DNA from: a bacterium
GTDB taxonomy: Bacteria > UBA10199 > 2-02-FULL-44-16 > JAAZCA01
Direction: 5' to 3'
Assembly (NCBI GenBank): GCA_963674695.2
Contig: CAXXGI010000001.1
Span: 352,001 to 416,000 of the forward strand
DNA: 64,000 bases
Positions 9,161-19,860 of the stretch are shown in pieces. A program made the position numbers and the translations under genes. The notes under the pieces were generated by a model, which did not search any database, was not told where the DNA came from, and worked only from the letters and a program-made list of their open reading frames with translations. Within the stretch, counting starts at the first letter, position 1; each line of letters starts with the position of its first letter.

Positions 9161-11407
9161 ATGACGACCAGGATTCATGACAGCCGCGAACAGGTAACAT
9201 CGCTGACGCAGCGGGCTCTGCCCAATGCTGAACGCGAGCAGGCACTGGCCATGGAGCCGATGAGGCAGGGGCCGTACATCGACCTCCGATCGATCGAACG
9301 GGGAATCGCGAAGAACAAACACCTCCTCGGGCATTATGCACTCAAACACGGGCTCGTTCGCGGCGTCCTCAAGGAGTTCAAAAACAAGGGACATCTCTGG
9401 CAGATCGCGGATGTCGCCCGCGCGCTGGGCATCCACCCCTCCATCCTCTTCTGGCTCACCAAAGGGGAGGAGATATCATCATCCTTTCAGACAAAACCGC
9501 TCCTCCTACGCGATTGGGGGCATCCGCCTCGAACGGTCCCGATCGGCGCCGTCGAAATTCCCCCGGCTTTTTCGAACCTCTTCGTTCAGATCGATGAAGC
9601 ACTGCTCAAGGTTCACCATCAACCGCTGATCCGAAAAACGGATGATAAAATACGGCACGGATGGTTCTATACCTATGCCTTCTTCCGACGCGAAAACCCA
9701 CCCCTCATGGGTGCATTCGATGAACGGCGTTTCAAGAAAAAGATCCTGCGCCCCATCGCCGAAACGCTTGGGCCGGATGATCTGAATCTCATCCCGAACG
9801 CCAGCGTCGATGCCATCGTGCAGGGGCTCAAGATCTTCTGCGGCTATTATTTCGATGCGCGTTATGGTTTTCTCTATGACCGCAATCGCAACCTCGTGAT
9901 CGGACCGAACGACCTTGGGCTTACGCTCCTCTTCGATCAGGACGGCATTCCGCAGCCCTATCGCTCGATCGCGCACTATACCGACGATGCCTCACTCGAA
10001 CCGATCGGCGTTCCTCAAAAGACGGGGCTCGTCCCGTTCCTGGATCAGTTCACCGAACGCTATGGCTTTCCGGGAGAGAAACGGATGGATTTCTTCGAGC
10101 GCCATGGCGCCAGCAAACGAACAACCAAAAATGCCTTTAGCGAACTCAATTCCAATTTCGGTGCACTGAACGCGCTCGTCCATTCAGTTGGTGGAAACCC
10201 GACCCCCTTCTATTGGGCGCGCTATGGGCGCCAGGTGCGCGATGTGCTTGGACCCGATGCCATCACGATGGTCATGACGAGCGATCACGCCAAACGAAGA
10301 ACCCACAGCAACAGAAGCCCGAGCGGTGTCATCTCGATGCCACGCGGTTTCTGTGACCCGACGAGCGAAATCTTTCACATGCTGCGAACAGCCTGGGATA
10401 ATAAACGCATCTTTCGCATGCGCGATTCAAGGGCGTATCGTGCCGTTGGAAGATGGAAGGACAATCCCCTGAGCTATCATCCCCAAGAGCATACAACCTA
10501 CGATAAGGTATCGCGTTTTCTCTTCGACGAATTTCGACTGGAGGGGGTAACGAGCCTCAAGGATGTGGAACGGGCCCTTCGCATCGCGTGGAACTGGAAT
10601 CGTATCCGCGACTACCTCCCCGTCTTCTCCGCGCAGCGGGCGCAAGCCTTCGGGGCAAGCGGCCTCGGCGACCTCTGGTTCGAGGGGGAAGGCATTCCGG
10701 TCAACACGTCGATTGTCTTCGACGATCATTTGGAACAGACCAACCTCGAACGCAGCTGGCGCTTTTCCACGCAGCACCAATTGCTGCTCGAACGGGATTT
10801 CCGCACCCGGCTCTGCTCTCTTCGGGAAAACCGTTTGACCTCCTATCCGGTCCGCGCCGTAGAGATGCCCGGCGGAATGAAGGGCGTGAGAAAACTCTTC
10901 AACCTCCTCAACGGTCTCACGCGCCGAGCCAAACCGGTGCGCGCCCTCCTGGAAGGGAGGGGAAATGAGCTCTCCGAGTGGAAGCTCCTCGAAACGACCG
11001 CCCTCCTCACCAAGCACCCACTCCGAACGCAGGGTCCGCGCAAACAGCTCCCGCGACAGCTCTGGATGGGCCCGCTGCTGCTCATGGCGAACCATGACAG
11101 CATCCTCGATCATACGCCGATCTACGATCCGTCCGCCAACACCTATGAGATCCCCCCCGCGCTCGAAGGACGCTTCAAACCCATCGAGAGCTTGCACGAC
11201 AGCGGTCGTGCCCAGAATCCACAGATCGTCGTCAACGACATCGACCAACAGCAGTGGATGGATCTCAGCGAAACAGCGATAGCAACAGAGGAGATGATCA
11301 TTCCGGAGGGCGCGCTCTTGCCCACCGATGACGTTTGGCTTTGGATGGAGGACCCCACCTTCGCCCCGCTCTATGAGATCCTCAACCTTCCGATGCGCCT
11401 GCGATAA
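9161..11407 (+). CDS. Large hypothetical protein with possible HTH segment
   Basis: Long ORF followed by a terminator; IADVARALGIHPSIL is HTH-like. Confidence 0.65.
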   Translation: MTTRIHDSREQVTSLTQRALPNAEREQALAMEPMRQGPYIDLRSIERGIAKNKHLLGHYALKHGLVRGVLKEFKNKGHLWQIADVARALGIHPSILFWLTKGEEISSSFQTKPLLLRDWGHPPRTVPIGAVEIPPAFSNLFVQIDEALLKVHHQPLIRKTDDKIRHGWFYTYAFFRRENPPLMGAFDERRFKKKILRPIAETLGPDDLNLIPNASVDAIVQGLKIFCGYYFDARYGFLYDRNRNLVIGPNDLGLTLLFDQDGIPQPYRSIAHYTDDASLEPIGVPQKTGLVPFLDQFTERYGFPGEKRMDFFERHGASKRTTKNAFSELNSNFGALNALVHSVGGNPTPFYWARYGRQVRDVLGPDAITMVMTSDHAKRRTHSNRSPSGVISMPRGFCDPTSEIFHMLRTAWDNKRIFRMRDSRAYRAVGRWKDNPLSYHPQEHTTYDKVSRFLFDEFRLEGVTSLKDVERALRIAWNWNRIRDYLPVFSAQRAQAFGASGLGDLWFEGEGIPVNTSIVFDDHLEQTNLERSWRFSTQHQLLLERDFRTRLCSLRENRLTSYPVRAVEMPGGMKGVRKLFNLLNGLTRRAKPVRALLEGRGNELSEWKLLETTALLTKHPLRTQGPRKQLPRQLWMGPLLLMANHDSILDHTPIYDPSANTYEIPPALEGRFKPIESLHDSGRAQNPQIVVNDIDQQQWMDLSETAIATEEMIIPEGALLPTDDVWLWMEDPTFAPLYEILNLPMRLR

Positions 11408-11440
11408 AAAAAAGGACGCCGAAGGGGCGTCCTTTTTTTT
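11406..11440. terminator. Bidirectional intrinsic terminator
   Basis: A-tract, GGACGCC-GAAG-GGGCGTCC hairpin, T-tract between convergent genes. Confidence 0.85.
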
Positions 11441-11457
11441 ACTCACAGAGAATATGA

Positions 11458-12987
11458 TTACCCGCTGCGACCGGAATCGCGCGTGGCCTGACGCAGCCAG
11501 GGGTGTTCGAGCAGGGCATCGAGCTGATTCGGCGTCATGCGCCAACGCCAGTTGCCGTGCACCGTCGAGGGGTGGTTGATCGCCGCCTCGGCGCCGAGGT
11601 TCAGCACGTCCTGCACCGGCGCGATCGCCATGAACGCAGGAGAGTTCAAGCCCATCTCCACCATGCGCCGCGCCACATTCTGCTCCGTCGTGCGGGAATC
11701 GTAATGCTGATCGAAGCTCACGCGCGTTTCGCGATCGATGGAGCCAAACCAGGCACGCGTCGGGACGTTGTCATGCGTACCCGTATAGACGACTGCTTTT
11801 GCGCTCAGGTTTTCCAGGGCATGCGGATTATCTGCGCCGCCCCCGAAGCCATACTGCAACACCCGCATGCCGGGGATGCCGAAACGCTCCATGATCGGCG
11901 CCAAGCTCTGCATCTCATTTCCCAGGTCCTCAGCGATGAGCGAGAGATCCGGAAAGGTCGCAAACGCCGATTTTAGGAATCGATCGGCAGGCGCATCGAC
12001 CCACTTTCCGTTCTCCGCCGTCGCATCCGATCCCGGCACATCCCAAAAACGGACGAGCCCCTGAAAGTGATCGAGGCGCACGTGATCGAAGAGCTCGCGG
12101 TTGCGGCCGAGTCGATTCAACCACCAGGAGAACCTATCCTTTTCATGCTGATCCCACCGATAGGTCGGGTGGCCCCAACGCTGGCCGGTCTTGCTGAAGG
12201 CGTCCGGCGGCGTTCCGGAAACGGTGTAGACCCACCCCTCGTCGCTCATATGAAAGAGGGAGCGGGATGCCCAGGCATCGGCGCTGTTGCCCTGAACGTA
12301 GAGCGGCACATCGCCGAAGAGGCGAACGCGGTTCCCGGCGCAATGCTCGCGCAGGCGAGCCCACTGATCGGAAAAGACAAACTGCAACATCCGCTCGCGC
12401 GCAATCTCCTTCGACAGCTTCCGTGACCATTTCTCGATCACACTCGAATCGCGGCGAACGAGCCCTTTGGGCCACTCCTGCCATGCGCGGTTCTTGAAAT
12501 GGCGTCGAAAGACCGCGAAGCGGGCATAATCTTCCAGCCATACCTGATTGCCTTGGCAGAAATCCTCAAAACGGGGATCGCCCTTCAACCCCTTGGTCTC
12601 CTTGAGGAGGCGATCGAAGAGACGCACGCGCGACTTGGCGACAAGATCGTAGTCGATCGTCCCCTGTGCAAACGCCGGCATCTTCTTGAGCACTTTGGGG
12701 GAAAGATACCCATCCTTCACGAGCAGCTCGGGACTGATCAGAGAGGTCTCGCCGGCAAAGGCCGACATCGCGCTGTAGGGACAGTTCCCGGTTCCCGCAT
12801 CGGTCGGGTTGACGGGAAGGACCTGCCAGACCTGCTGATCGTTTTCCGCGAGCGCATCGGCAAAGTCGTAGGCCGCTGGACCCAAATCACCGATTCCAAA
12901 ATCGGATGGGAGGGATGTGACCGGCATGAGCACACCGGACGAAGGCTGAATTCCAGGAGCCGCAATCGGCAAGGCAGCAGACATCAT
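11458..12987 (-). CDS. malQ: 4-alpha-glucanotransferase (GH77)
   Basis: SGVLMPVTSLP, GIGDLG, WQVLP, RLDHFQG, IAEDLG and YTGTHDN motifs. Confidence 0.95.
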   Translation of the reverse strand: MMSAALPIAAPGIQPSSGVLMPVTSLPSDFGIGDLGPAAYDFADALAENDQQVWQVLPVNPTDAGTGNCPYSAMSAFAGETSLISPELLVKDGYLSPKVLKKMPAFAQGTIDYDLVAKSRVRLFDRLLKETKGLKGDPRFEDFCQGNQVWLEDYARFAVFRRHFKNRAWQEWPKGLVRRDSSVIEKWSRKLSKEIARERMLQFVFSDQWARLREHCAGNRVRLFGDVPLYVQGNSADAWASRSLFHMSDEGWVYTVSGTPPDAFSKTGQRWGHPTYRWDQHEKDRFSWWLNRLGRNRELFDHVRLDHFQGLVRFWDVPGSDATAENGKWVDAPADRFLKSAFATFPDLSLIAEDLGNEMQSLAPIMERFGIPGMRVLQYGFGGGADNPHALENLSAKAVVYTGTHDNVPTRAWFGSIDRETRVSFDQHYDSRTTEQNVARRMVEMGLNSPAFMAIAPVQDVLNLGAEAAINHPSTVHGNWRWRMTPNQLDALLEHPWLRQATRDSGRSG

Positions 12988-13038
12988 TCCTCCTCGACGG
13001 CCGAAGCGATCTCGGCCCTATCATATAAAGTCATCTCC

Positions 13039-13065
13039 TTATCGCGCGGGATGAAGGAAAGTTGC
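13039..13065 (-). promoter_or_regulatory. sigma28-like promoter GCAACTTT-N11-CGCGATAA upstream of malQ
   Basis: Same architecture. Confidence 0.5.
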
Positions 13066-13319
13066 GCGGTTTTTCCCAAAAAAAGGCAATTATTACAACG
13101 TTGTTTTGGCTGATCGCCCCCTCATCGGCTCAAAACTGATCTTTTTGTCATATTTTTCTTGTCTCTCCCCCCCTGCCTGGCTATAAGGGGCAAAGATGTG
13201 AAGAAGATCGATCGATGGGTGTGGAAGATGGCGCAATGGTTGCGCTTGAGAACAGCCCGAGAAAACGGGCTGTTTTTTATTGAGCACCCATCGGCGATCA
13301 AACGAAAGGATTGGATTTT

Positions 13320-13535
13320 ATGTCGAACGCAAGAAAAAAGGGTCAGGTAAAGTGGTTTAACGACGGCAAGGGCTTCGGCTTCATCGCTCCGGAAGATGGC
13401 GGTGAGGACGTGTTCGTGCACTTCCAGGCCATCCAGGGCGAAGGCTTCAAGACGCTCCAGGAAGGTCAGACGGTCGAGTTCGAGGTGGTGCAGGGCCCGA
13501 AGGGTCTGCAGGCTGCCAACGTCACAAAAGCATAA
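13320..13535 (+). CDS. csp: Cold-shock protein (CspA family)
   Basis: [30 protein letters not shown]. Confidence 0.97.
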   Translation: MSNARKKGQVKWFNDGKGFGFIAPEDGGEDVFVHFQAIQGEGFKTLQEGQTVEFEVVQGPKGLQAANVTKA

Positions 13536-13561
13536 AAAAATGATGTTCAGCGTGACTGTAC

Positions 13562-13596
13562 AAACCCCCGGCCTCACGGTCGGGGGTTTTTCTTTT
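13562..13596 (+). terminator. Intrinsic terminator after csp
   Basis: AAACCCCCGGCC...GGTCGGGGGTTTT. Confidence 0.75.
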
Positions 13597-13654
13597 CCAT
13601 TGTACTTCCCCTTCAGCTTTCCTATGAAGCCATCACACGAAAGGAATCAAGCCG

Positions 13655-14296
13655 ATGGAAAAGACAACGCGTCATCCCGGTGGGCTCGCCCGCGCTATCC
13701 TGCGACGTTGCCTCGGCCCCCTCATCAGCGTCATCCTGTTGGCCGCCTTCTACAGCGCCTATCTCACCCGCGTGCGCCACTCATTTGCGATCAACTGGAA
13801 CGCGATCGCCGACAAGGCCTTCTTCGTCGTCGCCATCATCGTGCTCGCCTACTGGGCGCGAACCATCGTGATTGCCCTCTTCAACTGGTACGCAACCCGG
13901 TTTGCCGGACGAACGCGCTCGGATCTTGATGATGCTTTCCTGCCGCTGTTTCGACGCATCGCGAGTATCCTCATCTGGCTCATCGCCCTGATCGCCGTCC
14001 TGAGCTACCTCGGCATCAACATTAACGCGCTCATCGCCACGCTGGGCGTTGGCTCCTTGGCCATCGCGCTGGCCGCGCAGGATACTATTGCCAATATCAT
14101 CTCGGGATTTCTCATCATGATCGATCGGCCCTTTCGCGTGGGCGACGAGGTCAAGCTGGCCACGGGTGAACAGGCGATCGTCACCAGCATCGGCATCCGG
14201 CGTTCGGTCTTTCGCGGATCGGATGGATCGACCCTCTTTGTCCCCAACATCGATCTCGCTAAGAGCCGCATCGTCAATCTCTCGATGAAGGGGTAG
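13655..14296 (+). CDS. mscS: Small-conductance mechanosensitive channel (MscS family, C-terminally short)
   Basis: LGVGSLAIALAAQDTIANIISG...DRPFRVGD. Confidence 0.9.
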   Translation: MEKTTRHPGGLARAILRRCLGPLISVILLAAFYSAYLTRVRHSFAINWNAIADKAFFVVAIIVLAYWARTIVIALFNWYATRFAGRTRSDLDDAFLPLFRRIASILIWLIALIAVLSYLGININALIATLGVGSLAIALAAQDTIANIISGFLIMIDRPFRVGDEVKLATGEQAIVTSIGIRRSVFRGSDGSTLFVPNIDLAKSRIVNLSMKG

Positions 14297-14315
14297 GCAT
14301 CTGCAAGGAACCCTT

Positions 14316-15563
14316 ATGAAAAAACGTTCTCCCATCATCACCGTGGCGCTACTTATCGCCGGCAATCTCGTCGGCGCGGGGATATTGGCCCTCCCCATCA
14401 ACACGGGACCCGCGGGCTTCATCCCCGCCATGGTCAGCATGGTCCTGGTGGGCAGTGCGATGTATGTCACCGCGCTCATCCTCTCGCATGAGGCGATCCG
14501 CACACAGGAATCGACGTTCAACTATCCGAGCCTCTACCACAATTACCTTGGCGCCTTCGGCAAATGGATCGGCATCGCCGCGAACCTCCTCATCCTCTAT
14601 GGGTTGCTCGTCGCGTATCTGTCCGGCGCCTCCACGATCATCGCGCACCTCATCCCCTATGACATTCCGCGGCCGCTCATCACGATCGGCTTCTTCCTCG
14701 TCATCACCGGGCTCAACCTGACCGAGATGGAATACATCCGGCGTCACAATGCGTTGCTCATGGTGTTTTTGTGGGCCTCGTTTGCCCTCATCGTCTTCCT
14801 GGGCGAGCAACACGTGGAACCGGTCCGACTCCTGCGCATGAACTGGACCTGGATCCCGATGACCGTGCCCATCGTCATCACCGCATTTCATTTCCACAAC
14901 ATCATCCCGCACGTCTGCGAGAGCCTGCATTGGAACCGCCGAACCATCGCGCTCACTATGGCATTCGGCATGATCGTCGGGTTCATCATGAATGCCATCT
15001 GGATTCAGGTCGGCATCGGCGTGCTCCCGCTGACAGGAGAGACAGCGAGCATTCTGGGCTCCCTCACGAGCAACCTGCCGGCGACGATCCCCATGGCCCG
15101 CATCATACAATCACCGCTGTTCACGACGGGGGCACTGCTCTTCGCGCTTCTGGCGATCGCCACCTCTTACCTCGCCAACGGCACGGGGCTTCTCGGCTTC
15201 ATCGAGGATCTCACCAAGAACCATCTCAAGCGGCACACCAAATCGCTGGAAATCCTGCTCACCTTCGGGCCGCCACTGGCCATCACGCTGCTCTATCCAG
15301 ACGCCTTTCTCAAAGCGCTCAACATCGTCGGCGGCGTGGGCATCGTGCTCCTCTTCGGCCTGTTGCCGGGTGTCATCGCGCTGAAATGGGCGCGCGGCTT
15401 TTTCGGCCACGCCATCGGGGTGGTCCTGCTGCTCCTCTTCGGCTCCTTCCTCATCGTCGAGATCGCCCAGGAGGCGGGGTTCCTCACAATCGACCCGCAG
15501 ATAGAGCACTGGAACACGATCTATCTGCAGTTCAAGGCCAACGTTCGGGGACTTCTTCCCTAG
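14316..15563 (+). CDS. Aromatic amino-acid permease (TyrP/Mtr, HAAAP family)
   Basis: LIAGNLVGAGILALP, AFHFHNIIP, multiple TM helices. Confidence 0.9.
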   Translation: MKKRSPIITVALLIAGNLVGAGILALPINTGPAGFIPAMVSMVLVGSAMYVTALILSHEAIRTQESTFNYPSLYHNYLGAFGKWIGIAANLLILYGLLVAYLSGASTIIAHLIPYDIPRPLITIGFFLVITGLNLTEMEYIRRHNALLMVFLWASFALIVFLGEQHVEPVRLLRMNWTWIPMTVPIVITAFHFHNIIPHVCESLHWNRRTIALTMAFGMIVGFIMNAIWIQVGIGVLPLTGETASILGSLTSNLPATIPMARIIQSPLFTTGALLFALLAIATSYLANGTGLLGFIEDLTKNHLKRHTKSLEILLTFGPPLAITLLYPDAFLKALNIVGGVGIVLLFGLLPGVIALKWARGFFGHAIGVVLLLLFGSFLIVEIAQEAGFLTIDPQIEHWNTIYLQFKANVRGLLP

Positions 15564-15642
15564 GACCCTGAAAACCTCTCTTCTCGAGGCGGCCAAACGC
15601 CACCTTGCAATCGGAGAGACGTGCGCTACAATCCCGCCAATC

Positions 15643-17877
15643 ATGAACGACTTCGGGCTGTTGGTAAAATTTCATCGCCTCCTCGTCCCATTTCTCGGAG
15701 CCTTTCTCGCGACGATCCTCTTCGACGCCGTGGCCACCGCACTGTTAGTCCTGCTTCCGCTGCTCGCGCGCGTCCTCCTGGATAACGCCTACCCCTTCCG
15801 CAATCTTTCGCTGCTGAACCTGACCATTCTGACCAGCGTCGCTGCATGCGCGCTCTATTTTCTCTTGAGCGCAGCATCCGAATTTCTCAAGGCTTCCATA
15901 GATTCGGAGTCAAAGGCCACCCTGACCACACGCGTCTTCCGGGCATTGACACATCTGCCCCTCGCCTTTCATCAGCAGCACCCATCGAGCGACCTCATGG
16001 CGCACATCACCGATGACGTCGACGTCACCACAAACATGGTGCAGCGCGCACTGCCGACGCTTCTCATCGGCGGCGGCCGTCTTGCCCTCATCCTGATGGT
16101 CGTCCTCTCGATCGATGCCAAGCTGGCGCTTGTGACGGTAATTTCGATTCCGCTCTTCATCCTGGAAGCGCGGTTTCAAGCAGACCGGTCTTCCGGGAGG
16201 GCGCGCGAAACGCTCGATGCCCAGACAGACCTCTCCTGCCGCGCGCGTGAGCGACTTGAAAACATCCGGCCGGTCAAAGCATTTGGACAGGAACGGGTCG
16301 AGACCCGTGGCTTTGCGCAATGGCTTCATCGGCGCGACCGCATGACGTTCACAGAAAACCTCATCGATACCGCCCGATTCTTCAGCCATTCCATCATGCT
16401 TCAGGTGTGGGGAATCCTTCTCATCTGGATCGTGGGGCAACAGGTCGTCCGCGGGCACCTCACGATCGGGGAAAGCGTTTCCTTACTCCTGCTGGTCATA
16501 TTGATGGTCAGCCCGATGCGCTCGATCATCGAACTCCTCCACAACGGAAAAAATCGATTGGCCTCGATTTGCCGCATCGAACGCGTCCTGAATGAATCGT
16601 CCGAGGAGGAGAACGCTGCGGAGAAATCCCCCTTGAAGATCGCCGACGGCGTCATCGCCGCGGAGCGCATCTCCTTCTCCTACGAACCCAGCCAAGAGGT
16701 TCTCCATAATATCGATCTGCGTTTCGCTCCGAGAAGCATCACCGCCATCGTCGGCGATTCGGGAAGCGGAAAGACGACGCTGGCAAACCTCTTATTGCGT
16801 TTTCTTCATCCGACGACCGGCGCCATCTTCGTGGATGGGCAGGATATCTCACAAGTCCGGCTGCACGACCTGCGCGACCGCGTTGGAATCGTTGAACGAA
16901 ACATGGCCCTCTTCGACGCCACGGTCATGGACAATATTCTCTATGGCAACGAGGAAAAATCGCGCGGTGATGCGATGCAGGCGGCGATGCTTGCCGGTGC
17001 GCACGACTTTATCGAAACGCTGCCTGGAAAATATGATACCACCGTCGGCCCCTGTGGCTCGCTTCTCTCAAACGGCCAATGCCGACGCATCCTCATGGCG
17101 CGCACGCTCCTGCGCGACCCAAAGGTCATCATCTTTGACGAAGCCGGCGGAGATCTTGATGCGGAGAGCGAGTTTCACATACAGGAGATGCTTACGAAAC
17201 TGCGACGCAGCAAGACCATCATCGTCATCGCTCGACGTCTCTCCACCATCAAAACAGCAGACGCCATCCTGATGCTCGAGGAGGGACGACTTGTCGAGCA
17301 AGGCCCATTCGACAAACTGATCGCTGAGCGTGGCGACTTCTACCGCTTTTTTTGGCGACAATTCGGAGGGCTGGCTACATTTCGGCGACACCTGGGACTG
17401 GAGTTGGAACGCACGGCACGCTATGGATCGCGTTTCTGCCTGGCCGTTCTCAAAATCGCTGCATTTGCGCACGTGACCGAAACACAGGGGCCCGGCACCG
17501 CGGAACAGCTCATGGAGGATGTGGATCTGCTCGTGAAGAAGACCGTGCGCATGGGGGATGACTGTGCGCGACTCGATCGAAACCTCATCCTGATCCTGCT
17601 GCCGGAGATCGACACCGAACAACTCGCAGCCTTTTTCGAACGCATGCGCCGGGTCCTGGCGGAAACGGACATAGCGCTCCTGGGCGCGCCCCTCCCCATC
17701 GAAGAGCTGCACTTCGTCGGCACCCGGATCACCGGGAAACACTTTCGGACGCCGGAGGAACTGCTGCAGGCGCTCACCGAACAAGCCGACGCAATGCCCG
17801 CCGACGCAACGATGCAAATTTTCGACGAAGAGGAACTGGCACAGAGCACCGCCGCTGAAGGAGGGCGCCCCACATGA
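15643..17877 (+). CDS. ABC exporter (TMD+NBD) fused to a degenerate GGDEF domain
   Basis: Six-TM domain, Walker A GDSGSGKTT, LSNGQ, IIFDEA; C-terminal ELERTARYG...VRMGDDCARLDRNLILILLP. Confidence 0.85.
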   Translation: MNDFGLLVKFHRLLVPFLGAFLATILFDAVATALLVLLPLLARVLLDNAYPFRNLSLLNLTILTSVAACALYFLLSAASEFLKASIDSESKATLTTRVFRALTHLPLAFHQQHPSSDLMAHITDDVDVTTNMVQRALPTLLIGGGRLALILMVVLSIDAKLALVTVISIPLFILEARFQADRSSGRARETLDAQTDLSCRARERLENIRPVKAFGQERVETRGFAQWLHRRDRMTFTENLIDTARFFSHSIMLQVWGILLIWIVGQQVVRGHLTIGESVSLLLLVILMVSPMRSIIELLHNGKNRLASICRIERVLNESSEEENAAEKSPLKIADGVIAAERISFSYEPSQEVLHNIDLRFAPRSITAIVGDSGSGKTTLANLLLRFLHPTTGAIFVDGQDISQVRLHDLRDRVGIVERNMALFDATVMDNILYGNEEKSRGDAMQAAMLAGAHDFIETLPGKYDTTVGPCGSLLSNGQCRRILMARTLLRDPKVIIFDEAGGDLDAESEFHIQEMLTKLRRSKTIIVIARRLSTIKTADAILMLEEGRLVEQGPFDKLIAERGDFYRFFWRQFGGLATFRRHLGLELERTARYGSRFCLAVLKIAAFAHVTETQGPGTAEQLMEDVDLLVKKTVRMGDDCARLDRNLILILLPEIDTEQLAAFFERMRRVLAETDIALLGAPLPIEELHFVGTRITGKHFRTPEELLQALTEQADAMPADATMQIFDEEELAQSTAAEGGRPT

Positions 17878-18311
17878 ACGCCTTCGAACGGCTGATCGAT
17901 TTCTTTTCGACCCAAAACCGACGCGCGCGCAGAGCTGCGGTGATCGTCGTCGGCATCATCGCCTGTACCCTGCTCATCGGCATCGGTGCGCTTTTTTTCA
18001 CCCAGACCGTGGACATCGACATCGAGGGCATCGGCCGCGGTCGCAGCCCCGAGACGATTGCCGTCTCGCTCGATGACGGCGACATCATACGCATTCCGAT
18101 CACTCAGCGCACGGTCGAAGTACAACGCCGAAAAAGCGATGGCTGGTCGCCGGCGGTCGCCGCACGCATCGAAGCGATCGAGCTGACCGAACCCACCGTG
18201 CTACTGCGGTTGACCGAATCACCTGAAGGGTTTGCAGAGACAACGCCCTATCGCCTCCGCCTGATCCTCGAACGCAAACCGTTTTGGAAACTCTTGTGGG
18301 GGCAATCATGA
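17874..18311 (+). CDS. Single-TM hypothetical protein coupled to the ABC exporter
   Basis: ATGA overlaps at both ends; one N-terminal TM; topology resembles a shortened membrane-fusion adaptor (inference). Confidence 0.7.
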   Translation: MNAFERLIDFFSTQNRRARRAAVIVVGIIACTLLIGIGALFFTQTVDIDIEGIGRGRSPETIAVSLDDGDIIRIPITQRTVEVQRRKSDGWSPAVAARIEAIELTEPTVLLRLTESPEGFAETTPYRLRLILERKPFWKLLWGQS

Positions 18312-18883
18312 AGCGAATACCGCTCGAACGATCGGCGCTCATCGTCATCGATATGCAGCGCTACTTTCTCGACCCGAAGGCGCGCGCCTTTCTCGATACA
18401 CCGGCTTCGCTCATCCCCAACGCCTGCGCCCTCATCGAGGCCTTTCGTCGCGCGAACCTTCCCGTCCTCTTCACGCGTCATGCCCACCGCCGGGATCGAC
18501 CGACTGGACAGATGGGCCGATGGTGGGGTGACGATCTGCCCTTTGAGGATGATCCGTTTTCCCAGTTGTATCCCGCCATCAAACCGGAGGCGGGAGAGGT
18601 GGTGCTGATCAAGACCCACTACAGCGCCTTCGAGGAGACCGAACTCGACCATCACCTCCGCACCCAGGGCATCGACACCCTGGTCCTGTGCGGCGTGATG
18701 ACCAACGTCTGCGTCGAGACGACCGCGCGCCATGCCTTCATGAAGGAATTGCAGCCGGTCATCGTCGCCGATGCCTGCGCAACCAAAAGTGATGACTATC
18801 AGAACGCCTCGCTGACGAATCTCGCCTACGCCTTCGGCCCCACCCCCAACACGAAGAGCATCCTTGCAATGCTCCCGCGGTAG
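18308..18883 (+). CDS. Isochorismatase-family cysteine hydrolase
   Basis: ALIVIDMQRYF, KTHYSAF, GVMTNVCVETTARHA. Confidence 0.93.
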   Translation: MKRIPLERSALIVIDMQRYFLDPKARAFLDTPASLIPNACALIEAFRRANLPVLFTRHAHRRDRPTGQMGRWWGDDLPFEDDPFSQLYPAIKPEAGEVVLIKTHYSAFEETELDHHLRTQGIDTLVLCGVMTNVCVETTARHAFMKELQPVIVADACATKSDDYQNASLTNLAYAFGPTPNTKSILAMLPR

Positions 18884-18939
18884 AGATAGAAAACGAGAAA
18901 ATCACAGGCACCGTCGATTCATACACTATTTATTTTTTC

Positions 18940-19860
18940 ATGTCCCCATCGACACCAGACATACAGACTCCGATCGATTGCGCGATCATCGGCGCCGGCC
19001 CCGCCGGCATGGCGGCTGCAGTGCATGCCGTTCGCCGTGGGCTCAGCACCATCCTCTATGAGGCGAGCGAACCGGGCGGCCAGGCGCTTGCCGCCAACTG
19101 GATTGAGGACTATCCCGGCTTTCCCGAGGGGCTCTCCGGTCCGGATCTGATGACCCGCTTCTTTGCGCAGGTCGAAGCACACCAGACCACCATTCACCGT
19201 CAACGCGTTCAAACGATCGAGCAGCATGAGAAAGTTTTTTGCATCACGACCGCATCTATCATGACAACGGCACGAACGGTCATTCTGGCCACCGGCCTTG
19301 TGCCCAAACAACTCGGCGTTCCCGGAGAGAGCGCGCTCATCGGTCGACGCATCTTCGCCTATGCCGATCCGCGCTCCATCCCGCATGCGAACAAACGCGT
19401 GCTCATCGTCGGCAGCGGAGACGCCGCCTTCGATCAGGCGCTGAACTATGCGCGCCAGGCCGCGCGCGTTTCAATCGCCGTACGCGGCACTACCCCTCAC
19501 TGCAACGCCGCACTCGCACGCCGTGTGCGTGAGGCAAACATCGACGTCATCCGGAACTGCCAGATCCAGGCCATCTCCGAGATCGATAACAATCTCGCCA
19601 TGGCCTGCCAACGCGACGAGATGGAGATGCTCATCGAAGCCGACCTCATGATCGCCTGCATCGGGAAGATATCGGATCTGAGCTGTCTCCCGCATGATCT
19701 GCGTCGTGGGGAGACACCGGGGCTCTTCCGCGCCGGCGATTGTCAACGCGGACGCAGCCGACATATCGCTATCGCCGTCGGCGATGGCACGACCGCGGCG
19801 ATCGCCGCATCGGATTATCTACGAAGGCTCTCTCGCGCAAACGAAGGGGGAAGAGGTTGA
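18940..19860 (+). CDS. Thioredoxin-reductase-like FAD/NAD(P) oxidoreductase lacking the CxxC motif
   Basis: IIGAGPAG, IEDYPGFP, ILATG, IVGSGDAA, PGLFRAGD; FAYADP at the CxxC position. Confidence 0.85.
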   Translation: MSPSTPDIQTPIDCAIIGAGPAGMAAAVHAVRRGLSTILYEASEPGGQALAANWIEDYPGFPEGLSGPDLMTRFFAQVEAHQTTIHRQRVQTIEQHEKVFCITTASIMTTARTVILATGLVPKQLGVPGESALIGRRIFAYADPRSIPHANKRVLIVGSGDAAFDQALNYARQAARVSIAVRGTTPHCNAALARRVREANIDVIRNCQIQAISEIDNNLAMACQRDEMEMLIEADLMIACIGKISDLSCLPHDLRRGETPGLFRAGDCQRGRSRHIAIAVGDGTTAAIAASDYLRRLSRANEGGRG

